Positions 9,399-18,830 of a stretch of 64,000 nucleotides of DNA are shown one piece after another. Each line of letters starts with the position of its first letter. Position 1 is the stretch's first letter. Origin of the DNA: an uncultured Candidatus Saccharibacteria bacterium (GTDB lineage: Bacteria > Patescibacteriota > Saccharimonadia > Saccharimonadales > AWTP1-31); NCBI GenBank assembly GCA_964409615.1, contig CAYPDT010000001.1, positions 307,880 through 371,879 of the forward strand, in the 5' to 3' direction. The position numbers and the translations under genes are program-made. The notes beneath the pieces were generated by a model. The model saw only the letters and a list, made by a program, of their open reading frames with translations. It made no database searches and was not told the origin of the DNA.

Positions 9399-10064
9399 TT
9401 AAGTATCTATATTCTCCGAGACCACGATTACTCGGGCGTCATACGTTTTTGTAGTCTTGTTATATTTGCCCGCACAAGTTATAAGATTAAGTTGCTTAGC
9501 AATAGTACTGTCTTTTATAAAAAGAGCTTTATCCGCTTCTTTTGCAGATACAGTAGATACCGATTTTACCTTGAAACTTCGGACAGATTTATCGCCAAAA
9601 GTAACCCTAAAGGTGTCATCCTTTTTTAGGTTTCCAAGGTTATAAAAAACTCCTTTAGCGTATACACCATTTACATGACCGTCGATAATACTGAGGCCTG
9701 GGCCTCCTGGAAGCGATCCTTTAGCATACCACCCTGCCATATGTACATTGCCCGGTGCAACCATTCGATTTTGTTTATCTACGCCAACTTGCTGTATGAA
9801 CCCTTTAGCCTTAATCGATGGTAATTCTATAGATAATGGCTTATCTGCCGGAACGCTAAAGCTACCAGGAACCTTCTGTTCGCTAGGCGTATCAGACGTC
9901 TCAGATGCTACTACTTGAGCGGGTGGCACTCCTCCATTCCGAATCCCGTAAAAATCTCGAAGCATTAACAGACCATAGCCTACCAACAGGAGACCGATAA
10001 CAAAAGATAACCTCCGAATTGAGCGACGTGTGAGAAGTGGTAATCTTTTTTTACTACGAGGCAT
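9399..10064 (-). CDS. Sortase (class F-like)
   Basis: N-terminal TM anchor, catalytic His in IIDGHVNG, Cys in LNLITCAG, and Arg in YDARVIVVSE. Confidence 0.8.
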   Translation of the reverse strand: MPRSKKRLPLLTRRSIRRLSFVIGLLLVGYGLLMLRDFYGIRNGGVPPAQVVASETSDTPSEQKVPGSFSVPADKPLSIELPSIKAKGFIQQVGVDKQNRMVAPGNVHMAGWYAKGSLPGGPGLSIIDGHVNGVYAKGVFYNLGNLKKDDTFRVTFGDKSVRSFKVKSVSTVSAKEADKALFIKDSTIAKQLNLITCAGKYNKTTKTYDARVIVVSENIDT

Positions 10065-10068
10065 GAAT

Positions 10069-11826
10069 TTAATACTCCCGGTGCATGCTACTTCGAACAG
10101 CGTATGCTAAGGAAACAATTCCTAGTAGGCTGAAGATAACTTGTGCTAGCAAAGCGGATGGCTTAACACCAGTGTTAGGGGCAGCTGCATCGCCTGAAGA
10201 ACCAGCATTGGCGTTGGCGGTGGTTGCCACACATACTACACCTTCAAATTGGTAGGCTCCGACAGAGGGGCATGAATTTCGGGCTACGCCACGTGCGTCT
10301 GTACTAACACCGAGAACTGATGCACCAGCTTTGATCGCTGGACTACCATCTAGAAGCGCAATGGTATCTACGGAACCACCATTGTCCTGAAGAGGACCAA
10401 GTGTCGACATAACATTAGGAACTACTTTATAGCCAGTACAATTTGGATCATCAGTTATGTTATTACCGAGGTCGGAAGGCGTGAGATCTAAAAGCCCAGA
10501 TAGTCCAAGTACCGACTTATCTCCTTTAACGCAACTGCCGATAACACCGTTCCTGGAGTTTCCGGCTATTAAACTATTTTGTGCGCTTGACCCATTGACC
10601 ATATCTGGTGCAAAAGGGTCAACTCTATTTACAAAGAAGGTGGGATTATTGCCCACGATAAAGTTCTGGAAGAACGTGCTAGGCTGAGACTGAGTTGTTT
10701 CATTACCGACAATCGTTGCATTAGTAAATGTCAAGACAGCACTGTCGATCGGCAGACTTGAAGTAAAACCAGCACCAGTAAGTCTGTCATCGACATTATT
10801 TGTGATAGTGTTGAATGCTGCTGTTACGTTAGTAAAGTTCCGTGCACTTGCAATCCTGCCATTAAAGATGAAGCCCGAAACATAGGGCTGACTTTGGAGA
10901 GGATCACCCATTGGCTCTGCATTGATAACGTTGACTTCGTTCCCAGAAATAGTTACTGCGTCCAGTGTTAGATCGGTGCCAACTTCTGCAATCGTACCGC
11001 TATATTCACTAATAACGACTCCAGACCACTTTTCACCAGAATTGTCAGAAACTGTTGTTCGTGCCATGTGAAACTCTATGCTATCTACATTATCTGTGTC
11101 GGTCTCATAGGCCAGAAATGCTAAGATACCGGCAGATTCAGAACTGTTGCCTGTGATGATACTATCGGTGATGTCTATGGATGGAATGTCGCTAGGATCT
11201 ACGGGCTGAAGTGCTATCCCGAGACCTGCCATGTAGCTATTAAAATCGCTGTTAGGCATCATTCCTGGGAATGTAGAATTGGCGTTGTCGGTAATAGTAG
11301 AGTTCGAGACAATAACATGTGTCGCTTGAATGTATACTCCCATTGTTGAATTATGAACTTCAACATTATCGATAGTTACATTCGCAGAAGACAACGCAGC
11401 AATACCCGCAATAGATGCGCCAGTAATAGTAAAGTCTTTGAAAACATGGTCAAGTGTAGCTTGTGGGCCAGGATCTGGGTCGGCTAAGAATCCTGTATGG
11501 CCATCGGCATCTATTATCGTCATCCCCTTACCGGCACCGATTATGCTGACAGATTTGTTTATTATTGCTGGTAAATCTGCAGATAGTGTAATCGTACCTG
11601 CCGGAATAGCTATAGTGTCATTAGAATTGTAGCCGCCAACTGCAGAACATGTGTTTTCGTTAGCAGAGTTATTGACAGATGTGATGGCATCTTCCAGAGA
11701 ACAACTAGCCGACACAGTCAGAGTAGCAGCGTGAGCCCTACCAGAACCTAATGCCAGCACCACCACAAACGCGAAGACGGCCAGGATTAGTTTGTTTGTT
11801 TTGCTGATGTTCAAGATGTTTTGCAT
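10069..11826 (-). CDS. Secreted parallel beta-helix surface protein with choice-of-anchor-Q-like C-terminal domain and APNTG sorting signal
   Basis: Signal peptide ...GSGRAHAATL, beta-helix-like repeats rich in N, T, I and G, and LQDNGGSVDTIALLDGSPAIKAG...TDARGVAR...VGAYQFEG. The C-terminus is APNTG plus a hydrophobic helix plus a basic tail. Confidence 0.75.
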   Translation of the reverse strand: MQNILNISKTNKLILAVFAFVVVLALGSGRAHAATLTVSASCSLEDAITSVNNSANENTCSAVGGYNSNDTIAIPAGTITLSADLPAIINKSVSIIGAGKGMTIIDADGHTGFLADPDPGPQATLDHVFKDFTITGASIAGIAALSSANVTIDNVEVHNSTMGVYIQATHVIVSNSTITDNANSTFPGMMPNSDFNSYMAGLGIALQPVDPSDIPSIDITDSIITGNSSESAGILAFLAYETDTDNVDSIEFHMARTTVSDNSGEKWSGVVISEYSGTIAEVGTDLTLDAVTISGNEVNVINAEPMGDPLQSQPYVSGFIFNGRIASARNFTNVTAAFNTITNNVDDRLTGAGFTSSLPIDSAVLTFTNATIVGNETTQSQPSTFFQNFIVGNNPTFFVNRVDPFAPDMVNGSSAQNSLIAGNSRNGVIGSCVKGDKSVLGLSGLLDLTPSDLGNNITDDPNCTGYKVVPNVMSTLGPLQDNGGSVDTIALLDGSPAIKAGASVLGVSTDARGVARNSCPSVGAYQFEGVVCVATTANANAGSSGDAAAPNTGVKPSALLAQVIFSLLGIVSLAYAVRSSMHREY

Positions 11827-11897
11827 GTGGAGTGTTCCCTGTTTGTTGTTTACGCTTGTGGTTATTGTAGCATGTGGGCCTTGATCGTATGTGATTG

Positions 11898-14800
11898 TTA
11901 ACCTATAGGTGTGACTACGGTTGGGGCAAACCCTGTTGGGCTTGAATGACTTTGTGGAATCGTCACAGAAACGGTAGTGCCTTTTCCAGGAGTACTTTGG
12001 ACAGTTATGCCTCCGCCCAGTTTCTGCAGAATCATGCGGGTGATGTACAAGTTCAGTCCTAGCCCCGGGTGATCAAAAGTTGTCGAATCTGTACCGCGAG
12101 TTAAAGGTTCGAAAAGATGTGCCATTACCTCTGGTGACATACCGGCGCCATTGTCACGTACTGTTATGAGCGTTTTGCCACCAACAGATTTACTGCTAAT
12201 AGTTACTGCACTATTGGGATTGCTAAATCGAATAGCATTTTCGACTGTTGATCGAATAATCTGTGCCAGTTCTTCTGGCTGCATTTGCACAACAGAGTTA
12301 GAGCTAAGTAAATTGCTTACGGCCACCCCATTTTCGGCAGTCAGCTTAGACATTAACGGTGCAATATTTTGCTCGTAATCGTGTTTGACTGAAATATTTG
12401 GTGCGGGACCGCCCACTACACTAAAACGGTTTACCTTTCCAAGTGCCTCTGATAATTGGACTAATTGGCCGATTCCGTTAGTAAGCAGCTTGGTATCGGG
12501 GAACTGCTCTAGACCTGCTGTACCAGACTGTAGTGCGCTGGCGTGGGAAGCTAAACTGGTAGCAGCATCGGCTACAAAGGTCTTCTTTTGATCCAGTAAT
12601 TGCTGCTCGGTTGCTAGTTGTTGTTTTCTTTGGGCGTGAAGTTGTCGCTGTTTTTTCCAGGCCATAAACGTTACGAATATAGCAATCGCACCAAAGAATC
12701 CCCATATTAATTGATTCACGTATCGTCCCCAGCTATGATCGTAGGATTTATTAAAATACAATACCAGATCTGTTACTGCCACGACCCCAGCGATGCCAAC
12801 TAACGGCACCCACAACTGTTTGTTTGATATGGCCAGGACTTCGCCAGAAACTACCGAACGATCTCCAGATACTAATGCTTGCTCTGCCTGAAGCGTGAGG
12901 TTATTTGATGTTGCTTGCAGAGCGACTAGCTTAGCCTTGAATTGGGCAATAAATTCCGGCTGCAATGCATGCTTCGATGCAATCAACTCTAAAGCGCCGT
13001 TCATAATACTAAGCGGCGTATTAAGATAATGAGTAATTATAGCCAAGAAATCCGAGACTGATTGTCTGGTAGTAATAACTTTTGTCAGTAAGTCGTTCAT
13101 GACTTTCTGATAACGATATTCGCGCCATGCCCGGTAGGTATAGTACAGCGCCAACAGTAGCAACCAAGACAAAAAGAAGTACGGCAGCGGATTGACTTTT
13201 GGATCTCTAGCTATGCGAGGTAGGCCGAGAGGTAGTTCTTCTTCTGGAATCTTTGATATTTCTAGCAATTTTGGCTGATCTGGTTGTGGAGACTCTTCTG
13301 AAACGGGGCTGGGTGTGGTCGTAGTTGTTCTTGGACGAGATGGACGTGTTGGTCTGGTCGGGGTTGCTGGCGTGTTTGAAGTGGGGGCAGTAGGAGAAAC
13401 TGGTTGAGCTGGTGTGCTTGGCGTTTGCACATCGAATACCCCTAGCACCCAAGTGCTTTGACCAACCGCGTTTATAGCAGACACCTGGAAGTCATACCGA
13501 GTCCCGGGACTAAGACCAGAAACGATATATGACGTGCTGGTGCTTTGAGGATGGACGTATTCTTGCCATTGACCGGTAGAGTGTAGCCGGTATTGGATGC
13601 GGTAATCAATAATTGGCGTACCTCCATCATTGGCTGGCGGTTGCCAAGATAGTGCAATGCTGGATGTAGTTGGAGTTCCACCTAAATTACGTGGTGGGCC
13701 TGGCAGACTTTCGCCCAAAACGAATGTTGGGTAGGTCGCCACTTGGCTATACCATACCGGTGTCGTAAAGTCCCAGGTATTTAGGGGAGGGTTGGTTGTA
13801 TTATTCCTAAAATAATTTGGTGCCTGATTGTTGCTATTAACCGGTTTACAGACCGCGGCGTCATCATACTGGCTTGCTGTTACAACCGTATCGGCGCCAG
13901 GATTAATCTGATCCTCAACCTCTAGCCAGTTTGCGCATGGAGCACCCACCGTAAGCGATGCATCGAAATAGTTATTTATTAGGTAATTTGGGGCAGCGCT
14001 TGGAGCAACTGTACCTTCACCTTCGTTAAATATATGGAAGAACTGGCCAACAAAAACACCTTCCTTAACCCCACTTACATTTGTTATTATCGCGGCACTG
14101 AAAGAGTTACTTATACTACTTTGGAAGTCTGGGTTATTAGGATCGTCAATTATTCCAACTACCCCCACAAGACCTCCAGTATTCGACGAATAGAAGGCTT
14201 GCGCAACGGCTGGAATTTGGGTAGCAAACTGAGGCTCTTCGTTGCTAAGACTCCCTGATGCATATGACGAAGCAATATCTGTATGGTCTGCAACTCCAAC
14301 AAGGCCCCCGACAGACGAGCCAATCTCGATATAGCCACCTAAATCATCGTACGGAACGGTGGTAACAGCACCAGCAACCGAGCCCGTAGCATAGGTGTTA
14401 GTTAGGGCTATCCGAGTCTGCCCGTAGTCAACGCTGGAGGTACCTCCAATCAGCCCACCCGCCGCGTATCCACCCTGTACCGAACCCGTCGCGAACGAAT
14501 TTTGAACGGCCACCTGCCCCTGAGCAAAGCCTATCAAGCCGCCAGCACCAACACTGCCAGCACCATTTATTGCGTAGCCGGTACCGGATGCCGTACCAGT
14601 AGCAGAAGTGCGGTTAATCACGGCTGTTCCTGCCGTTCGTATGTCCCCAATCAAACCCCCAGCCCTAAAACCCGAAGATGCACTATCTATGAAATTATCC
14701 GAAGGTCCAACGCTACCCGTTGCATACACATCTTCAATTGTATGGTTATAACCTTGTAATGAGCCGATTGCCCCGCCAGAAAGCGCGCCACCATCCCGTC

Positions 14801-17800
14801 CTTCGATAATGACCATGCCAGTGGCATAGCTGTCGCGCAGGACACTGGCCGAAGCTGTCTGGGAAACCGCAATATTTGCACCAATCAAACCCCCAGCCAT
14901 TGCTATGACGCTATCGCATTCATCTATTTGACATGCCTGATTAATACTTGCTGTCACCAATCCTGTAGCGTAGACTCCTTCGATCTTAGACCAACCCACA
15001 ATCATTCCCACCGAACCACCAACAATCGGCCCTCCAACCGTATCAACCAGAGGACTTACGGCAGAAAAATCTATGACCCCAGTACTGTAAGAGTCTTGAA
15101 TTCGCAACGCACTAGTCAAGTTATTTCCGCCCGTTACGCCACCAACCAATCCTCCCGCCGCACCAGAAACTCCGCGCGCCGCTTGGTTGCCGTCTTCAAC
15201 AGTAATATCGCCCGTTGCAAAAGAGTCAGCAATATCAAGCAAAGTGGCCGAACCTACAAGCCCCCCGGCATAAGATACTGTGCCATTCGAAACGGTTACG
15301 TCCATCGATGAGCTAGAGTCTTGCACCTTAACACCCCTCACCAAGGAGGCTTCTGGATCGGCGGGGCTTACAGTTCCTTGATTGGTGCTAAAGCCAACAA
15401 GCCCACCGCCAGCCCCTTCGCCTAATTGAATCTGCCCCGTAGAGTTACCGTTCGTAATGGTCAGGGATGAGTCGTTGGAACCACCCACTAAACCCCCGGC
15501 AAATGCAGGATCGGAATTCCCACCAGAAGTTGGACAAGCAATTGTGCCGTCATATGCCGAATCTTCTATTGCAACCGTGCCGACCGCCGTTACTCCAATT
15601 AACCCTCCAGCCCCGTCGCTGCATGTCACAGTACTGTTCATATCGGAGTTAGCATTACGAAGCGAGATTGCAGCATCTGACATAGCACCCCCGATAATTC
15701 CCCCTGAAAGACTACTGTCTAAAATCGTGCCGTGCGATTGAACGTCCTGCATGGTAAGCTCGGATTGCTCAACATTTACGTATACCATACCCAATATGCC
15801 CCCACTGGTGCCAGGAGACTGCACCACCCCTGTATAGGCAATATCCTGCCATAATACCGACCCATCAAAGCCAGTACTATCAAAATCAGATAATGTGCCT
15901 ACAATACCTCCAGTAAAATCTTCCCCGATAACATCCCCGGCAACTGTAATGTTGTCTAAAATTGTGTCTGGAGAGGCAGAGGCAATCAGTGTCGCTGCAG
16001 GAACATCGTTGGACAACATGCTTGTAATAGAAGAATCTGTTAAAGTAAGGTTCCGAATTTCGGCACTTTGGGCAAAGGAAAACATGCCAACCGCTTGGTA
16101 GCTGGCATTTGCCGGAATATTCATTTGCAGGTCGCTAATAGTAAACCCTTGGCCGTCAAGAGTCCCCTGGAACGGCGTATTGGAATCTCCCACAGGTACC
16201 CACCCCTCGCCCCCATTCCAGGTCAGTGTATCGCTACAGTCAATATTGCCAACAAGATGGAAAACGCTGCCCCTATACTGATTTAGTGCATCTTGCATTT
16301 GCTGACAGTCACTTAAGCCAATAAATACTTGGAAATTCTGAACACCGCTCCATGCCCCTTGGCCGTAAGAGTTTACGGCAGCTATTCGAAAGTCGATACT
16401 TTGTATTACCCGTGCTTCCGCCTGAATAGCAAGTACAATCGCCTGTGCCAAATCGGTATCGGTTGTATTGGTGCTATCGAAACTCAAGTCTGTTCCGGTA
16501 CCATCTACAATAGTAGTCCACGTACCGTTATTGGCCGCCCACCCATAGTTTTGGAGCTCAGTTTGGGAAGCAGCCCAATCACTGCCAGGACGGGGTTTGA
16601 ACTGAATAACGTAATCGGTAATTGGGGCGCCAAGATATGGTACTTGCCAATCGAGCTTAGGGAAAGAAAACGGTGCAAACTGGTTGGTTTGTTCCACTCC
16701 ACTTACCACCATATTTCGCGGCTCAGATGGTAACTGACTAGTGCTAACGTTTTCTAGAACTTCCCAATCCCCTTGACCGATTGCATTAACTGCGGCAACT
16801 CTAACATCGTACATTTGACCAGCAACCAGCCCTGCTATTAGCTGAGACCGATCAGTCGATGGTGATCGACTAACACTATTCCAGGAACTATTGCTATGGA
16901 GCTTATACTGCACTGCGTAATCGGTGAGTGGGGTGTTGCCATTCAGTGTTGGTGCTAGCCACTGGGCAGTTAAACTCGTGGGATTTGCACTGCTAGTCGT
17001 TATAGCTCTCACCTTGCCAGGTAACGTAGGTGCCGCCGGCACCTGTGAGATAAAGACAGGGGTAGACGAAGTGACCACCTTCCAAACGTTTGTGAAATCC
17101 CACACTTGGTTTCCCCCGACCCTAAACGGTGCATTGGTAGAGTTATTATAAAAATAGTTTGGCTGCGAATTATTAACGTTAACCGCCGAGCAAAAACCAT
17201 TGGGCGTCTGCTCGGGTAAAAATGCACTGAAATCCCCATCGGTATTTGCTCCAATACAGGCACTTATTCCGATACGAGAGACGTCAATAAAATTTCCGCT
17301 GCCAGAAATATTTACACCAAATGGAGGATCGGCATTTTCTTCGTATATCACTACGCCAATGAATCCACCAAATGCCTCACGCTCCATTGGACCAGTCGAT
17401 ATCGTCTGTGATCCAATGGCAAATGAATTGTTGATTTCAGTCGCCCCTGCCATTGCTGCAAAACCACCTGCCAAAACGACAGAAGGGTCTAGCTCAGGAC
17501 TACGGGTAATTGAAATATCCATAGAACTATAGCTATTGTCTACTGTACCTCCTAATGCTTGGCCGAATAATCCGCCGGCAAACATGGTGATTGCCCCTTG
17601 GGTATAAGCACCGGATATCGTACCAGTAGAGTACGAATCAGAGATGCTCGAAGAGTAACTTACCAGCATCAAACCGCTAGCGATAGCCGCCTTACCACTG
17701 TCTCCATTACTATAACTATTGTTGGTAATATCCATATCGACTGATATCCTAGTTGCCGAACTAAACATAAACAGGCCAACAAATCCGCTGGCATGAATAT

Positions 17801-18728
17801 TTCCACCTGTACCCTCGCAGAAAACCGTCCCTGAAACTGAAACATCACTGAATGAGGAATTACTAGTCTGTGAAGCAATGGGCGCCAAAACAACATCAGC
17901 ATTGTCTGTTGCAAGATCTACATTGGTAAGTTTTACATTTGTAACCGAAGCACCGATAGCAAACCCGAGTAACCCTGACTCGGTATCGTCAGTAAGTATC
18001 CGCTGGTACAAACCATCTATTGCATAACCATTACCTTCCAATGTGCCGGTGAATTCTTGGCCGCCGCTGCCATTTCCAACCGCCACAAATCCAGCACCAC
18101 TATTCCAGGTACTTGTTGCCGTGCAATCTATTGGTCCGGTTAATTCGTAATGGCCCGCTCTATCGTCTTGCATTTCTTGTAGTTGTTCGCATGTCGATAC
18201 TTGGTATGGCTGTTCGGGACTTCCTAACCCACTTCCCGAAAAAGCCTGTGCTGCAGGAAAACCCACCATGGCGATAACTGCAATAAATACCGCTACACAC
18301 GCCTCAGCAACAGCCAGCCAGTAAAATGCAGGTCTCCAGCGGTAATGAAAACGTGGGAACACAACCACGCGCAAATGGTGCAATAAGCGATACTTAGTTT
18401 TTGGTGCAATTCTTATAAGTGGCTTCTTGTGGTGTTGGTAGTCCATCCACATATACAGAAGAGAACCTAAAGATAAAAGCACAAGACTAGACAGCGGCGA
18501 CCACAAGAACGAGAAATTTGTTATCTGGCTTTCGCTGGACTCAATTAACCGACTAACAAATTTACTATATTCTGGTTTGACACGTAAGTAGATCAAGGCA
18601 GCAATTGAGGCCAGCATAACAAAAATAGGCAACATCTTAACACGTTGCCGATACATCCTATCTCCAAAAGCGCCAGCCCTATCCGCTAGGCGTTTACGCT
18701 GAACAATTTTTACAGTCGTCTTCGTCAT
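11898..18728 (-). CDS. Giant (2276 aa) membrane sensor: GLUG-repeat/FN3 adhesin-like ectodomain fused to a histidine-kinase core
   Basis: One uninterrupted ORF. It begins with three N-terminal TM helices. Dozens of GGL[VI]G (GLUG-type) repeats follow, with three FN3-like domains (for example LPGPPRNLGG...YRIQYR...YDFQVSAINAVG). Next come a Pro/Thr linker and a TM helix, then an H-box-like segment (ITHYLNTPLSIM) and two more TM helices. The HATPase_c motifs follow: N box ENAIRFS, G1 VRDNGAGM, F FEPLTRG, G2 GLGLNL. Confidence 0.8.
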   Translation of the reverse strand: MTKTTVKIVQRKRLADRAGAFGDRMYRQRVKMLPIFVMLASIAALIYLRVKPEYSKFVSRLIESSESQITNFSFLWSPLSSLVLLSLGSLLYMWMDYQHHKKPLIRIAPKTKYRLLHHLRVVVFPRFHYRWRPAFYWLAVAEACVAVFIAVIAMVGFPAAQAFSGSGLGSPEQPYQVSTCEQLQEMQDDRAGHYELTGPIDCTATSTWNSGAGFVAVGNGSGGQEFTGTLEGNGYAIDGLYQRILTDDTESGLLGFAIGASVTNVKLTNVDLATDNADVVLAPIASQTSNSSFSDVSVSGTVFCEGTGGNIHASGFVGLFMFSSATRISVDMDITNNSYSNGDSGKAAIASGLMLVSYSSSISDSYSTGTISGAYTQGAITMFAGGLFGQALGGTVDNSYSSMDISITRSPELDPSVVLAGGFAAMAGATEINNSFAIGSQTISTGPMEREAFGGFIGVVIYEENADPPFGVNISGSGNFIDVSRIGISACIGANTDGDFSAFLPEQTPNGFCSAVNVNNSQPNYFYNNSTNAPFRVGGNQVWDFTNVWKVVTSSTPVFISQVPAAPTLPGKVRAITTSSANPTSLTAQWLAPTLNGNTPLTDYAVQYKLHSNSSWNSVSRSPSTDRSQLIAGLVAGQMYDVRVAAVNAIGQGDWEVLENVSTSQLPSEPRNMVVSGVEQTNQFAPFSFPKLDWQVPYLGAPITDYVIQFKPRPGSDWAASQTELQNYGWAANNGTWTTIVDGTGTDLSFDSTNTTDTDLAQAIVLAIQAEARVIQSIDFRIAAVNSYGQGAWSGVQNFQVFIGLSDCQQMQDALNQYRGSVFHLVGNIDCSDTLTWNGGEGWVPVGDSNTPFQGTLDGQGFTISDLQMNIPANASYQAVGMFSFAQSAEIRNLTLTDSSITSMLSNDVPAATLIASASPDTILDNITVAGDVIGEDFTGGIVGTLSDFDSTGFDGSVLWQDIAYTGVVQSPGTSGGILGMVYVNVEQSELTMQDVQSHGTILDSSLSGGIIGGAMSDAAISLRNANSDMNSTVTCSDGAGGLIGVTAVGTVAIEDSAYDGTIACPTSGGNSDPAFAGGLVGGSNDSSLTITNGNSTGQIQLGEGAGGGLVGFSTNQGTVSPADPEASLVRGVKVQDSSSSMDVTVSNGTVSYAGGLVGSATLLDIADSFATGDITVEDGNQAARGVSGAAGGLVGGVTGGNNLTSALRIQDSYSTGVIDFSAVSPLVDTVGGPIVGGSVGMIVGWSKIEGVYATGLVTASINQACQIDECDSVIAMAGGLIGANIAVSQTASASVLRDSYATGMVIIEGRDGGALSGGAIGSLQGYNHTIEDVYATGSVGPSDNFIDSASSGFRAGGLIGDIRTAGTAVINRTSATGTASGTGYAINGAGSVGAGGLIGFAQGQVAVQNSFATGSVQGGYAAGGLIGGTSSVDYGQTRIALTNTYATGSVAGAVTTVPYDDLGGYIEIGSSVGGLVGVADHTDIASSYASGSLSNEEPQFATQIPAVAQAFYSSNTGGLVGVVGIIDDPNNPDFQSSISNSFSAAIITNVSGVKEGVFVGQFFHIFNEGEGTVAPSAAPNYLINNYFDASLTVGAPCANWLEVEDQINPGADTVVTASQYDDAAVCKPVNSNNQAPNYFRNNTTNPPLNTWDFTTPVWYSQVATYPTFVLGESLPGPPRNLGGTPTTSSIALSWQPPANDGGTPIIDYRIQYRLHSTGQWQEYVHPQSTSTSYIVSGLSPGTRYDFQVSAINAVGQSTWVLGVFDVQTPSTPAQPVSPTAPTSNTPATPTRPTRPSRPRTTTTTPSPVSEESPQPDQPKLLEISKIPEEELPLGLPRIARDPKVNPLPYFFLSWLLLLALYYTYRAWREYRYQKVMNDLLTKVITTRQSVSDFLAIITHYLNTPLSIMNGALELIASKHALQPEFIAQFKAKLVALQATSNNLTLQAEQALVSGDRSVVSGEVLAISNKQLWVPLVGIAGVVAVTDLVLYFNKSYDHSWGRYVNQLIWGFFGAIAIFVTFMAWKKQRQLHAQRKQQLATEQQLLDQKKTFVADAATSLASHASALQSGTAGLEQFPDTKLLTNGIGQLVQLSEALGKVNRFSVVGGPAPNISVKHDYEQNIAPLMSKLTAENGVAVSNLLSSNSVVQMQPEELAQIIRSTVENAIRFSNPNSAVTISSKSVGGKTLITVRDNGAGMSPEVMAHLFEPLTRGTDSTTFDHPGLGLNLYITRMILQKLGGGITVQSTPGKGTTVSVTIPQSHSSPTGFAPTVVTPIG

Positions 18729-18830
18729 ATATACTCTTATGGTTAATCCAATTATACTTGAATTACCGACTTCTTTCAGACATTTTGTAATTTACTCCAC
18801 AATAAGTACAATTAATCACGAGGACTTACA

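Noticed and set aside
12151-17914. About 25 short ORFs of 60-134 aa, on both strands, inside the giant kinase gene
   Set aside because: All are fully nested in, or antisense to, the uninterrupted 2276-aa ORF, which has coherent domain content. Their translations are low-complexity mirror images of the GLUG repeats.
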